Assembly: GCA_001303025.1 (NCBI GenBank)
Contig: LJNK01000014.1
Coordinates: 2,998 to 66,997 of the forward strand
Source: Deltaproteobacteria bacterium SG8_13
GTDB taxonomy: Bacteria > Desulfobacterota > Desulfobacteria > Desulfobacterales > SG8-13
Length of the DNA: 64,000 nucleotides
Direction of reading: 5' to 3'
The notes below the pieces were generated by a model. It was not told the DNA's origin. It worked only from the letters and a program-made list of their open reading frames with translations, and made no database searches. Made by a program: the position numbers and the translations under genes. Positions 49,482 to 57,355 of this stretch are shown one piece after another; position 1 is the stretch's first letter, and each line of letters starts with the position of its first letter.

Positions 49482-51936
49482 ATTTGAATAATGCCTCCGG
49501 ACCGTGACAGTCCATGCAGATCGTGTTGTAACTCCTGTTTCGCAAAAAGCTGCTCGCGACGCTGCCAGCCGGCTTGACGGAGCCCCTGTTTTGCATTTCC
49601 CCCAAACTCCAGCGGTGCACATTATGACACGACGGGCAGGAAAGGGGGCCGTTGCCAACCTGTTTGCCGGATGCGGGGTCGAAAAGCGGAAAATAGATGC
49701 TTTCGTCTTTGATGTTTCGGCCGGTGTTGTGAATGGCGATGTCCTCCGGGTGGTAGCTGATCGCGGGAATCTTGCCCGGTGCGGATCCACGCTTGGAATG
49801 GCAACCGGTGCACATTTTTTCCATTATACTGCTTCCGGGCCCAAACCGCTGGCCCCATCGCAGCAGTTGGTTCTTGCTGTTGTGCGGCAGATGACAAACA
49901 CCGCACGGTCCTGACTCGACAGGAGTTTGGCCGGACGTGTTTTTCGCCTGCGGAGCAGCTGCAAGCAGGTTGTGATCGGTCGGCTCGATCAGGGCCTGGC
50001 TGCCGTGGCAGTCGCCGCAAAGTTGTGAGGACGGGGAAGCCGGCAGCCGCAGGAAGCTGCTGCGGGCATCTCCCTCTGTTTCGGTACCGGACATGGTTTT
50101 ACTATCGGCGGGCTGCCAGCGGTGTGGATCATGGCAGGTGTAACAGGACATTCGACCGTCCGCAGACGGGCGAACGGACGGGTCAAATACCGGCAGACGG
50201 GTCCTCATACCCATATCCCGCGGAGAAACCTGTAGCGGATGAGAATGGTCGTGAAGCTGCTTTTTGGTTGCCGGGCCGTCTTTGACATGACAACTGAAGC
50301 ACACCGGCCGCTGCTTGTTATCCTCGACCGGGGGCTGCTGTTTGGCCCACAGAAAAACCCGCCCGCCACCGTGCACCAGGTGACAGTTGTCGCACAGACC
50401 GGCTTCCGATGCTCTGCGGCCCAGCAAATTGGTTTCGGTCGGGGCACTGCGGCGCAGGTTGTGTCGGGTATCGGCGACAAGGAACTTGGCGTCGTGGCAT
50501 TGCCGGCAGATCTCCGGAGACGGTTTGCGTAAATACTGATTTTGGTTTTTGGTGCGGGGTCTTTCCCCGGTCGGTTCGGTGGCCGTATCCAGCGGAAGCC
50601 GGTGCGGATCGTGACAGGTGGCGCAGGTGATACCCCCGCCTTGGGATCGAACGCCAAAGGCAGTAAAAAGGGGAAGGATCATCTGATCCGGATCGGCCTG
50701 AGCCGATGTCAGCAGAAGTTCGTCGTCTTTTTTTTCGAAAGGATTGACGGCAAGGGGGTGGTTGTTTCCGAGCAGTTTCTCTCGGACCGCAAAAGTGCCT
50801 TCGCCGTGGCAGCTCATGCACATTTGGGTCGTGAAATCAGCGCTGCCGCTGTGTTCCCGGGCCGGTTTGTGTGGCAGGTGGCAGGCCGAACAGACGCCGG
50901 CTTCGGCAACGCTTTGTCCCTGGAGGTTTTTCGACTGCGGGGCCGATTTGTCCAGATTGTGTCCGGTCTCGGCCACTGTCTGCTTGTCGGCATGGCAGCT
51001 CAGACACAGGGTGGATTGGTTGTCATCGACCATCAGCAGCAAATGGCTGTCGGTTGGGCTGCCGTGTGTCTTGTGGCAGGTGGTGCAGATGATTTCGCCA
51101 CCTGCACCCGTGCGGGCCCCCTTTTCCATGAAAGATGCAGGAATCGAAGCGGTTGTCGGTCGGACGTTGACTACATGGCCGGGATTTCGTCGGCCGTCCG
51201 GGGTGATCAGCCCTTTATCATGGTGGCAGGCCAGGCAAAGACTCGAGTTTCGGGAGCTCTGGATCAGATAGGCTTCATGCGTCGATCCATGGGCCGTGTG
51301 ACAGGTCTCGCATGCGATGCGGCTCGGTTTCTGGCCGGCTGCCGTGCTCAATTCAAGCATGTTGTCCGGGATCCGGGTTTTCACGGGACCGACGGTGTGG
51401 TTGCGGGCCGATTTGCCGCCGTTTTTCCCGGGATGGCACATCCAGCACATGGCAGAGTCTTTGTTGGATATGCGCATGAAAATGGTGGTGTCTTCCCCGA
51501 CTCCGCTCGGAACGCCGTGGGCCGTGTGGCACGTGGCGCATTGCACCATGCCGTTGTCATCCAGCGGGAAGACGGCCGGGATGTTCATCCCTTCCGGCGG
51601 GCGGGTATTGGTCTTATGTCCGGCTCCGATCGTCATGCGTGCTCGGGAATCCATAACGCTTCCGTCATGACAGGAGATGCACATATCAGGGGTGGCGACC
51701 ACTTTTTCCGATTGATACGGCACCAGATCCGATCCTGTGCCTTCGACGAAAAAGGTGTCGACCCAGCGGTAGTGACAGATTGCGCAGCCCTTGGCCGATT
51801 TGGGGTTCTGGGGTGCAGCGGTGATCGCCCCGGCCTCAGACAGCGGCAAAAAGCCGATCGAAATGATCAGGAAAATCAGCGTTCGCATCGAATGCGGTTC
51901 GTTTCGTATGTTATGCCTGGTTGCCGGTGCGGTCAC
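49450..51936 (-). CDS. Multiheme cytochrome c, 20 CXXCH (paired-CXXCH type)
   Basis: Signal peptide (alternative start 51888); 20 CXXCH motifs counted, CAICH through CMDCH; paralog of 41845-44112. Confidence 0.93.
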   Translation of the reverse strand: MTAPATRHNIRNEPHSMRTLIFLIISIGFLPLSEAGAITAAPQNPKSAKGCAICHYRWVDTFFVEGTGSDLVPYQSEKVVATPDMCISCHDGSVMDSRARMTIGAGHKTNTRPPEGMNIPAVFPLDDNGMVQCATCHTAHGVPSGVGEDTTIFMRISNKDSAMCWMCHPGKNGGKSARNHTVGPVKTRIPDNMLELSTAAGQKPSRIACETCHTAHGSTHEAYLIQSSRNSSLCLACHHDKGLITPDGRRNPGHVVNVRPTTASIPASFMEKGARTGAGGEIICTTCHKTHGSPTDSHLLLMVDDNQSTLCLSCHADKQTVAETGHNLDKSAPQSKNLQGQSVAEAGVCSACHLPHKPAREHSGSADFTTQMCMSCHGEGTFAVREKLLGNNHPLAVNPFEKKDDELLLTSAQADPDQMILPLFTAFGVRSQGGGITCATCHDPHRLPLDTATEPTGERPRTKNQNQYLRKPSPEICRQCHDAKFLVADTRHNLRRSAPTETNLLGRRASEAGLCDNCHLVHGGGRVFLWAKQQPPVEDNKQRPVCFSCHVKDGPATKKQLHDHSHPLQVSPRDMGMRTRLPVFDPSVRPSADGRMSCYTCHDPHRWQPADSKTMSGTETEGDARSSFLRLPASPSSQLCGDCHGSQALIEPTDHNLLAAAPQAKNTSGQTPVESGPCGVCHLPHNSKNQLLRWGQRFGPGSSIMEKMCTGCHSKRGSAPGKIPAISYHPEDIAIHNTGRNIKDESIYFPLFDPASGKQVGNGPLSCPSCHNVHRWSLGEMQNRGSVKPAGSVASSFLRNRSYNTICMDCHGPEALFKYEYFHFPAKR

Positions 51937-51951
51937 GCGCGATTGTCACCA

Positions 51952-52953
51952 TCACTTCGATTCGCCGTTGATGCGGTAGACACTCACCTTGTTGGCGAGC
52001 ATCTCCACGACATATAATCGACGGTTGTGATCGATAAACAAACCGACCGGCGTTCTGAATTTTTTTACGGCACGATTCGAAGGCTCCCCCGCGACAGCGT
52101 GAAATTCGCCCATGGGGTTGAAAATCTGAATGACCCCCATATAGCTGTCGGATATGAAAACCCTGCCGGCTGGATCGATCGCAATCCCCTTGGGCCGGAA
52201 AAACTCTCCCGGTTCGACTCCCCAGTCGCCAATGGTGCCGGCGTATGTTCCTCCGGGTTTGAGCACCTGAACCCTCGTGTTGGTGACATCCACCACGTAG
52301 AGTCGTTTTTGTTTGTCCAGGGTGATCAGAAACGGATATTTGAATTCCAGTTTCGCGGTGCCCGGTTTCCCGTAGACGTCGATCAACTGTAGGTCCGACA
52401 GCCGATAGTCGAGAACGCGATGGTTGTCGTTATCGACCACGTAGCACCGGTTTCCGGCCTCATCCACAACCACGTCGGTCGGGTCCGCCGCGTGCTTGGC
52501 AGTGCCGGTGATGTTGATTTGGGCGATGAAATCACCGTCGGGTCCGAGGATTTGCACCCGATGATTTCCTGAATCGGCGATGAAGACCCTGCCGGAAGTG
52601 TCGATGTCGATTCCGAGCGGTTGACGAAATTCTCCGCTGCCGGAGCCCTCGCGGCCGAAAGAAGAGATGAACCCTCCGCTGTAGTTGAAAATTTTGATCT
52701 GGTTGTTGACACCGTCGACGACGTAAATGCGGTCGGTTGTCGATACCGCCACATCGCTGGGGGCATTGAACCGATAGGCAACATCAAACAGGTGATCGAC
52801 ATAGGTCAGACGGATTGCTTGCACCGGCGACGCGAACAACCAGAAGACGGCCAGCGCCGGAATGAGAAGGCTGCTAGCGCAAGATCGCCCGGGTTTGCCG
52901 CGGGGTTCTTTCCGGTGAAAAACCGCCTTATTGGTTTCTGAGCGGTGTTGCAT
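51952..52953 (-). CDS. NHL-repeat beta-propeller protein
   Basis: NHL units; hydrophobic signal; paralog of 44240-45232. Confidence 0.9.
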   Translation of the reverse strand: MQHRSETNKAVFHRKEPRGKPGRSCASSLLIPALAVFWLFASPVQAIRLTYVDHLFDVAYRFNAPSDVAVSTTDRIYVVDGVNNQIKIFNYSGGFISSFGREGSGSGEFRQPLGIDIDTSGRVFIADSGNHRVQILGPDGDFIAQINITGTAKHAADPTDVVVDEAGNRCYVVDNDNHRVLDYRLSDLQLIDVYGKPGTAKLEFKYPFLITLDKQKRLYVVDVTNTRVQVLKPGGTYAGTIGDWGVEPGEFFRPKGIAIDPAGRVFISDSYMGVIQIFNPMGEFHAVAGEPSNRAVKKFRTPVGLFIDHNRRLYVVEMLANKVSVYRINGESK

Positions 52954-52975
52954 CCGATCGGGTTACCCTTTCAGC

Positions 52976-53977
52976 TTAGTTTTCAAACAGCTTGGGAAAG
53001 TAAAACGTTTTGTATTTGGTCACCAATCCCTTGATGTTCAGATTGACAAGGTTGTTCGTTGTTTTTTCATCGAAGCCGAGTTTTTGAAAATCAAGGATGC
53101 TGCTGGCCGAATGGCATTCATCGCAGGCGACGCTGATCTCTTTTCTGTTGATGTTTCGGTGAAAGAATTCCAGGCGTTTTTCTTTTTCAGCCGGCATTAA
53201 GCTGGTTACCGACCGAACAAAGTCCTTCGCTTCGACGGAGTCCTGGGTGTTGACCAATGATTTTTTCTGTCCGCCGACCGGCAGAAAGACGGAGATCCTG
53301 GAGATAAAATGTTTTGATTTGCGGGCTTTTTTTAAATTGGGATTGTAGAAAGTGCCGTAAGGCTCACCGCTGAACTCGGCAATTTCGGCTCCATTCCAGT
53401 CAAAGTAGGCCCCCGGGAATTTGGCCTTGTTCAAATGGCAGACCTCGCAGACCATAAACCCGGTATGCAGGTTCAGCAGGCCGCGAACCATGTTGTTTTC
53501 ACTGTGGGGGTAGAGCTCATGACAGATCCTGCAGGAGGAGGGGTCCTGCAAAGTGGTGATCGCGGACTGTTCTTTGCGGTGAAACCGGCTCAACGGATGT
53601 TTGGCGACCAGGCGCTTTTCCTTGTCGGTAAGGTGGCATTCGGTGGTGCAGTCCACCTGCAGCTGCCCGGTGTGCGGAATCTTTTCGATGGTTGTATGGC
53701 ATTTCCGGCAGGCAAATTTTCCGTGTGACGATGCGGTGTACCTGGATTCATCGATGTGCAAAATGCTAAGCGTTTTGTCCTCTTTCACCGTGGCCAGCCC
53801 CGGATACTGGTGGCATGTCAAACATCCTTCCGGGTCCATGGCGAGGCTGCTGCCGGTAAAACCCAGCCATATCCAGACGGCGGCTGTCAGCAGGATCGGC
53901 ATGCAGTGGGGTTTCATCTCATCCACATCCATGGTCCGTATTTTCTTCTGAATGTCGTGCGTGGTGGGTTTTTTCAC
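52976..53977 (-). CDS. Periplasmic multiheme cytochrome c, 5 CXXCH plus 1 CX3CH
   Basis: Signal peptide; CLTCH, CRKCH, CTTECH, CRICH, CEVCH, CDECH. Confidence 0.87.
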   Translation of the reverse strand: MKKPTTHDIQKKIRTMDVDEMKPHCMPILLTAAVWIWLGFTGSSLAMDPEGCLTCHQYPGLATVKEDKTLSILHIDESRYTASSHGKFACRKCHTTIEKIPHTGQLQVDCTTECHLTDKEKRLVAKHPLSRFHRKEQSAITTLQDPSSCRICHELYPHSENNMVRGLLNLHTGFMVCEVCHLNKAKFPGAYFDWNGAEIAEFSGEPYGTFYNPNLKKARKSKHFISRISVFLPVGGQKKSLVNTQDSVEAKDFVRSVTSLMPAEKEKRLEFFHRNINRKEISVACDECHSASSILDFQKLGFDEKTTNNLVNLNIKGLVTKYKTFYFPKLFEN

Positions 53978-54031
53978 GCGATAGCTTCTCTTGCCTTTTT
54001 ATACCGGATTCAAGCCTCCATCCCCGGATAA

Positions 54032-54048
54032 GGCAAATACCATACCAG
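54032..54048 (-). promoter_or_regulatory. sigma54 -24/-12 promoter for the leftward cytochrome operon
   Basis: Minus strand CTGGTAT-GGTAT-TTGCC (GG-N10-GC), about 55 nt upstream of the GTG at 53977. Confidence 0.7.
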
Positions 54049-54331
54049 ATTTTGTTCCGCTTCTCTTTATGACGGCGCCCGCCACATTCTGCTCAAAAAC
54101 AGTCCCATTTTTGAGCCCACACCGGCCGGGAACCTGGGCCGCCCTTCGATCGGATGCGGGGCATACTGACCTCTGCCAACCGGCAAACCTGGTGAAATGC
54201 CCAACCGCTGGTGGGGATATCACCAGATAGATGTGGTCCTTTCGTCGGTTTTCCGTGCAGATCGCTGACAAATACTCTGGAAAGTGTACAGTGAACAAAG
54301 TGTTATCGTATGATTTTCTGCAAATTGCCAT

Positions 54332-54348
54332 TTGGCATATTCATTGCA
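54332..54348 (+). promoter_or_regulatory. sigma54 -24/-12 promoter for the rightward cytochrome operon
   Basis: TTGGCAT-ATTCA-TTGCA (GG-N10-GC), about 65 nt upstream of the TTG at 54414. Confidence 0.78.
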
Positions 54349-54413
54349 GAATGTATTACATCCTGTATGCACACGCTTCAAGTGTTTTTTGATTCCGTTC
54401 AAGGAGAAATCCA

Positions 54414-55580
54414 TTGCGGCTGAGCGCATTTATGATTGGCACAATTTTATTGGTCACGGCCTTTTGGCTGGTGGCGGGCTCCGGCACCGCCATGTCCGCC
54501 ACCGAGGCCCTGCCGGACACGGAAAACTGTTTGTTCTGCCACCGATACCCCGGCATGGGCCGGTTCGACGAATCCGGCGCCAAACGAATTTTTTATGTAA
54601 ACGACCAGCTCTTCGCCCGTTCGAACCACGGCAAACTCAAATGCACCAACTGTCACGTGGGATTGGACAAGATTCCGCACACCGACGTCAAGAAGGTCGA
54701 CTGCACCACCCAATGCCACCTGACCGAGCCCTCCACCGACCGAGAGTTTTCCCACAGCAACATGGTAAACAAATATATGGCGAGCGTGCACGGTGCGGGC
54801 GATGCCGACAATCCAAAACCTTTTCCAGAAGATTTGCCCACCTGCAAGTACTGTCACCAAAACAAGGTTCAGATGCCGATGGCAGGCTTGTGGGGAAAAA
54901 GCGAAGCGCTGGCCAATGAAACGCTGTCGCGCTGTGTCGGCTGCCACACCAAGCATCCGTGGGCCCAGAATTTTTACCTGCATTTTACCCATCGCATGCG
55001 GCGTGTCCGCAGCCAGCAGGAGATCGTCGCGCTTTGCACCAGCTGCCATGAAGACAGCGAAAAAATGGCCCGTCACGGCCTGGAAAGCATCGCGACGTTC
55101 AAGGACACTTTTCATTGGAACCTGGTCAAATACGGCGTCAAGGATGCTCCCGACTGTATCAGCTGCCACGTGCCGGTCGGCTACACGACCCACGATATCC
55201 GCCCGAAAACCGATCCGGCATCGTCCATCAACACCTTCAACCGGATCAGCACCTGCAGCAACCAGGGCGGTATCCAGTCCTGCCACCCCGGAGCGACGGC
55301 CGGCTTTGCCACCGGCCGGGTGCATGCGTACGGCACGAAAGTGCAGGTGGCCGCCGGCAAAACGAACGCCGTCGTTGAGGGTGTCGACAACACGCTGTTG
55401 ATCGAGCGGGCCGGCAAAGAAATGACCGAGGAGGAAATCTTCCGGCACACGGTGCTGTCCTACATTCGACTCTTCTACAAAGTGTTTATCCCCCTCGTTG
55501 TCGGATTTATGTTCTACCACCAGTGGATGGATTTTCTGGCAGCGCTGCGCAGAAGAAGAAAATCCCGAAAAGCGAAATGA
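54414..55580 (+). CDS. Multiheme cytochrome c with C-terminal anchor (CbcA-like), 6 CXXCH plus CX3CH and CX8CH
   Basis: AAGGAG RBS, TTG start, signal peptide; CLFCH, CTNCH, CTTQCH, CKYCH, CVGCH, CTSCH, CISCH, CSNQGGIQSCH; C-terminal TM. Confidence 0.87.
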   Translation: MRLSAFMIGTILLVTAFWLVAGSGTAMSATEALPDTENCLFCHRYPGMGRFDESGAKRIFYVNDQLFARSNHGKLKCTNCHVGLDKIPHTDVKKVDCTTQCHLTEPSTDREFSHSNMVNKYMASVHGAGDADNPKPFPEDLPTCKYCHQNKVQMPMAGLWGKSEALANETLSRCVGCHTKHPWAQNFYLHFTHRMRRVRSQQEIVALCTSCHEDSEKMARHGLESIATFKDTFHWNLVKYGVKDAPDCISCHVPVGYTTHDIRPKTDPASSINTFNRISTCSNQGGIQSCHPGATAGFATGRVHAYGTKVQVAAGKTNAVVEGVDNTLLIERAGKEMTEEEIFRHTVLSYIRLFYKVFIPLVVGFMFYHQWMDFLAALRRRRKSRKAK

Positions 55581-55596
55581 TTGGTTGCATGCAAAA

Positions 55597-56358
55597 ATGG
55601 AAGAAGCCGCCGTTGCAGAAAAAATAGACGAACCCCGCGAAGAAACCCTTCCCGCGGAGCAGCAGAAATTGCTGTTCGTGCGGTTGAACAAGCCTGAAAG
55701 ATGGCAGCATACGGTTTTCATGGGGTGTTTTATCGTGCTGGCTGTTACCGGATTTATGCTGAAGATTCCGGAAGACATTGTCCAAAAACTCGGAGGGTTT
55801 GGCGAAACCGTCTTTTTTATTCGAAGTCTTTTGCACCGAATTGCCGGCACCGTCATGATTCTCACCGCAATTTATCATCTGTTCTACCTCGTTTTCCATC
55901 CAGCCGGCCGCCGGTGGCTCTTCGATATGCTGCCGCGTCCCAAAGATCTCTTCGACCTGGTTCACAACATGCTCTATTTCATCAATGTGAAAAAAGAGCC
56001 CCCGGAATTTGACCGCTTCTCGTACAAGCACAAGATGGAATACGGCGCACTGATCCTTGGAACCACCCTGATGTCTGTAACCGGGCTGCTTTTGTGGAGC
56101 GAGTGGAGGTGGAGCAAATTTATTCTGGATATCTCCGCCCTGGTGCATGGGATGGAAGCTGTGCTGGCGTGCCTGGCCATCATCGTGTGGCACATGTACG
56201 ATATCCACTTCAAATTCCACAAATCACCTGTGGATGATGTGTGGATTACCGGAGTCATCGACGAAGAGGAGATGAAAGAGGAGCATTTGCTGCACTACAG
56301 AAAGATCATGGCAGATCCACGCCTGCAGGAGATCTACATTAAAAGAGAGAATCAATGA
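55597..56358 (+). CDS. Cytochrome b subunit (FdnI/CbcB-like)
   Basis: WQHTV, LHRIAG, VHGMEAVLACLAIIVWHMY; RFSYKHKMEY loop; paralog of 46144-47103. Confidence 0.85.
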   Translation: MEEAAVAEKIDEPREETLPAEQQKLLFVRLNKPERWQHTVFMGCFIVLAVTGFMLKIPEDIVQKLGGFGETVFFIRSLLHRIAGTVMILTAIYHLFYLVFHPAGRRWLFDMLPRPKDLFDLVHNMLYFINVKKEPPEFDRFSYKHKMEYGALILGTTLMSVTGLLLWSEWRWSKFILDISALVHGMEAVLACLAIIVWHMYDIHFKFHKSPVDDVWITGVIDEEEMKEEHLLHYRKIMADPRLQEIYIKRENQ

Positions 56359-57200
56359 AGAAAGACATCATCAAACGGGTTATCGGCAGATCGGGTCCGG
56401 GCGGGCAAAAGGATAGAAAACCGCCTTCGAAAACGGCGAAGCTGGTAATCAAAACAGCGTTCGTATTGCCGATCATTCTTTTTGCCCTGTGGCTGCTCAA
56501 GCTGGTCTACTTTCCCCATGCCGAAGCCCGCAAACATGAGTCGGTCGCCAAGCCAGCGGCAGAGCAGGGCATTTTTACGCAAATACTGCGTGACGACGGG
56601 CCGATTCCGAAAGAGCATTTTCATATCATAGACGAACACATTTCGCAGGCCGAACCCTACCACCCGATATGCCTGGAGTGTCACGGATCCTATCCCCACA
56701 GCAAGGAGAAAAAAGTTCGGGCCATCCTCAATTTTCACAACGGATTTCTCGCCTGCATGGTCTGTCATGTCCGCAAAAAACCTGACGATAAAAGTTTTTC
56801 TTTCGTGTGGGTCGACCGGCAGACCGGTGCGACTTCGATGAGAGTCGAGGGCGGATTCGGCAAGTATCCGGCCAAAATCTTTCCCATCAGGGAAACTGCC
56901 GGAAGACGCCTGGAGATCATCCACCCCGTCGATGAGAAGGCCGCCGCCGAGTTCATGAGGCTGAAAAATCAATTCTCCGCCGACCAGATGGCCAAAGCGA
57001 AGATCAAGCTGCATGAAAACATTTCCAAGAAACCGGTGTTCTGCAACGAATGCCACAAAAAAGACGGATATTTCGATTTTGCCAAACTCGGGTTTCCGGG
57101 CAACCGTGTCGATCATCTGACCTCGACGGAAATTACCGGTATGATCGAGAAATACGAAACCTTTTACATGCCGGAGACCATCGACTTTGGCTCCAAGTAA
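56355..57200 (+). CDS. Membrane-anchored triheme cytochrome c
   Basis: N-terminal TM; CLECH, CMVCH, CNECH; paralog of 45263-46093; ATGA overlap. Confidence 0.87.
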   Translation: MKKDIIKRVIGRSGPGGQKDRKPPSKTAKLVIKTAFVLPIILFALWLLKLVYFPHAEARKHESVAKPAAEQGIFTQILRDDGPIPKEHFHIIDEHISQAEPYHPICLECHGSYPHSKEKKVRAILNFHNGFLACMVCHVRKKPDDKSFSFVWVDRQTGATSMRVEGGFGKYPAKIFPIRETAGRRLEIIHPVDEKAAAEFMRLKNQFSADQMAKAKIKLHENISKKPVFCNECHKKDGYFDFAKLGFPGNRVDHLTSTEITGMIEKYETFYMPETIDFGSK

Positions 57201-57355
57201 GGCTTCCCCCGGGAGCTCGTCGCCAGCATCCGAAGCTCGACAAACCATTAAACCGTTGGTAAAAGATGTGACGCTGTGGTAGAGAGGCATGAGGGGGTGA
57301 TCGCCCATCGGGGCCACCCCGAATCCTAAAAAAATGAACACCAACCGACCTTCCC

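Noticed and set aside
54180-54230. GEMM (c-di-GMP/cGAMP) riboswitch suggested by GGCAAACC...GAAA
   Set aside because: The flanks of GAAA do not pair, the GACGCAAAGC-like segment is missing, and it lies outside both predicted transcripts
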